64,000 nucleotides of DNA, from assembly GCA_002104945.1 (NCBI GenBank), contig MCFH01000033.1, forward strand, positions 372,001-436,000, given 5' to 3'. Both the position numbers and the translations under genes were made by a program. Source of the DNA: Piromyces finnis finn (taxonomy: Eukaryota; Fungi; Neocallimastigomycota). The notes beneath the pieces are model-generated. The model saw nothing but the letters and a program-made list of their open reading frames with translations. It was not told the DNA's origin and did not search any database. Below are positions 63,801 through 64,000 of the stretch, piece after piece; position 1 is the first letter of the stretch; each line of letters opens with the position of its first letter.

Positions 63801-64000
63801 TGGTTTATTTATAAGCATTATATATTAATATAATACTTATATAGACTATTATATTATATTGTTTTATTATAGTTATAAACAGAAAAAAAAAATACAATTG
63901 TTTTTTAAATATAAAATAAAGCCATTATTATTTTATTTTATTCTTTTGTTTTTTTTTTTTTTTTCTAAAAAAAAAAAAAAATAAAAGGAATAGTATAAAA

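Overview
Extremely AT-rich, intron-containing eukaryotic DNA, most likely from an anaerobic gut fungus (Neocallimastigomycota). This assignment is inferred from fungal dockerin (CBM10) modules, hevein/CBM18 repeats, CBM1 modules and long poly-A/T/(AAT)n intergenic tracts. Host genes: a secreted 7x CBM18 protein, two tandem Agd3/CE18-like polysaccharide deacetylases (one with two CBM1 modules, one with the CBM1 apparently lost), a Cof-type HAD hydrolase, a single-TM orphan, a PCL-type cyclin, an orphan ORF bracketed by an 18-bp inverted repeat, a GH5 cellulase with two dockerins, CAF-1 large subunit, a riboflavin-pathway deaminase and ribophorin I (OST1). Mobile DNA is dominated by one APE-RT non-LTR retrotransposon family. 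One copy with its true 5' end lies on the minus strand at the left edge. At 16.6-23.2 kb, at least four same-orientation copies of different ages are nested inside each other, two with clean 14-bp target-site duplications. Best leads: the self-nested LINE stack, the CBM1-bearing Agd3-like deacetylase, structured 124-bp tandem monomers at the putative LINE 5' end, the IR-bracketed orphan with a p53-like strand-helix motif, and a 145-bp palindromic tandem array. All alignments and folds were done by eye; no database searches were run.
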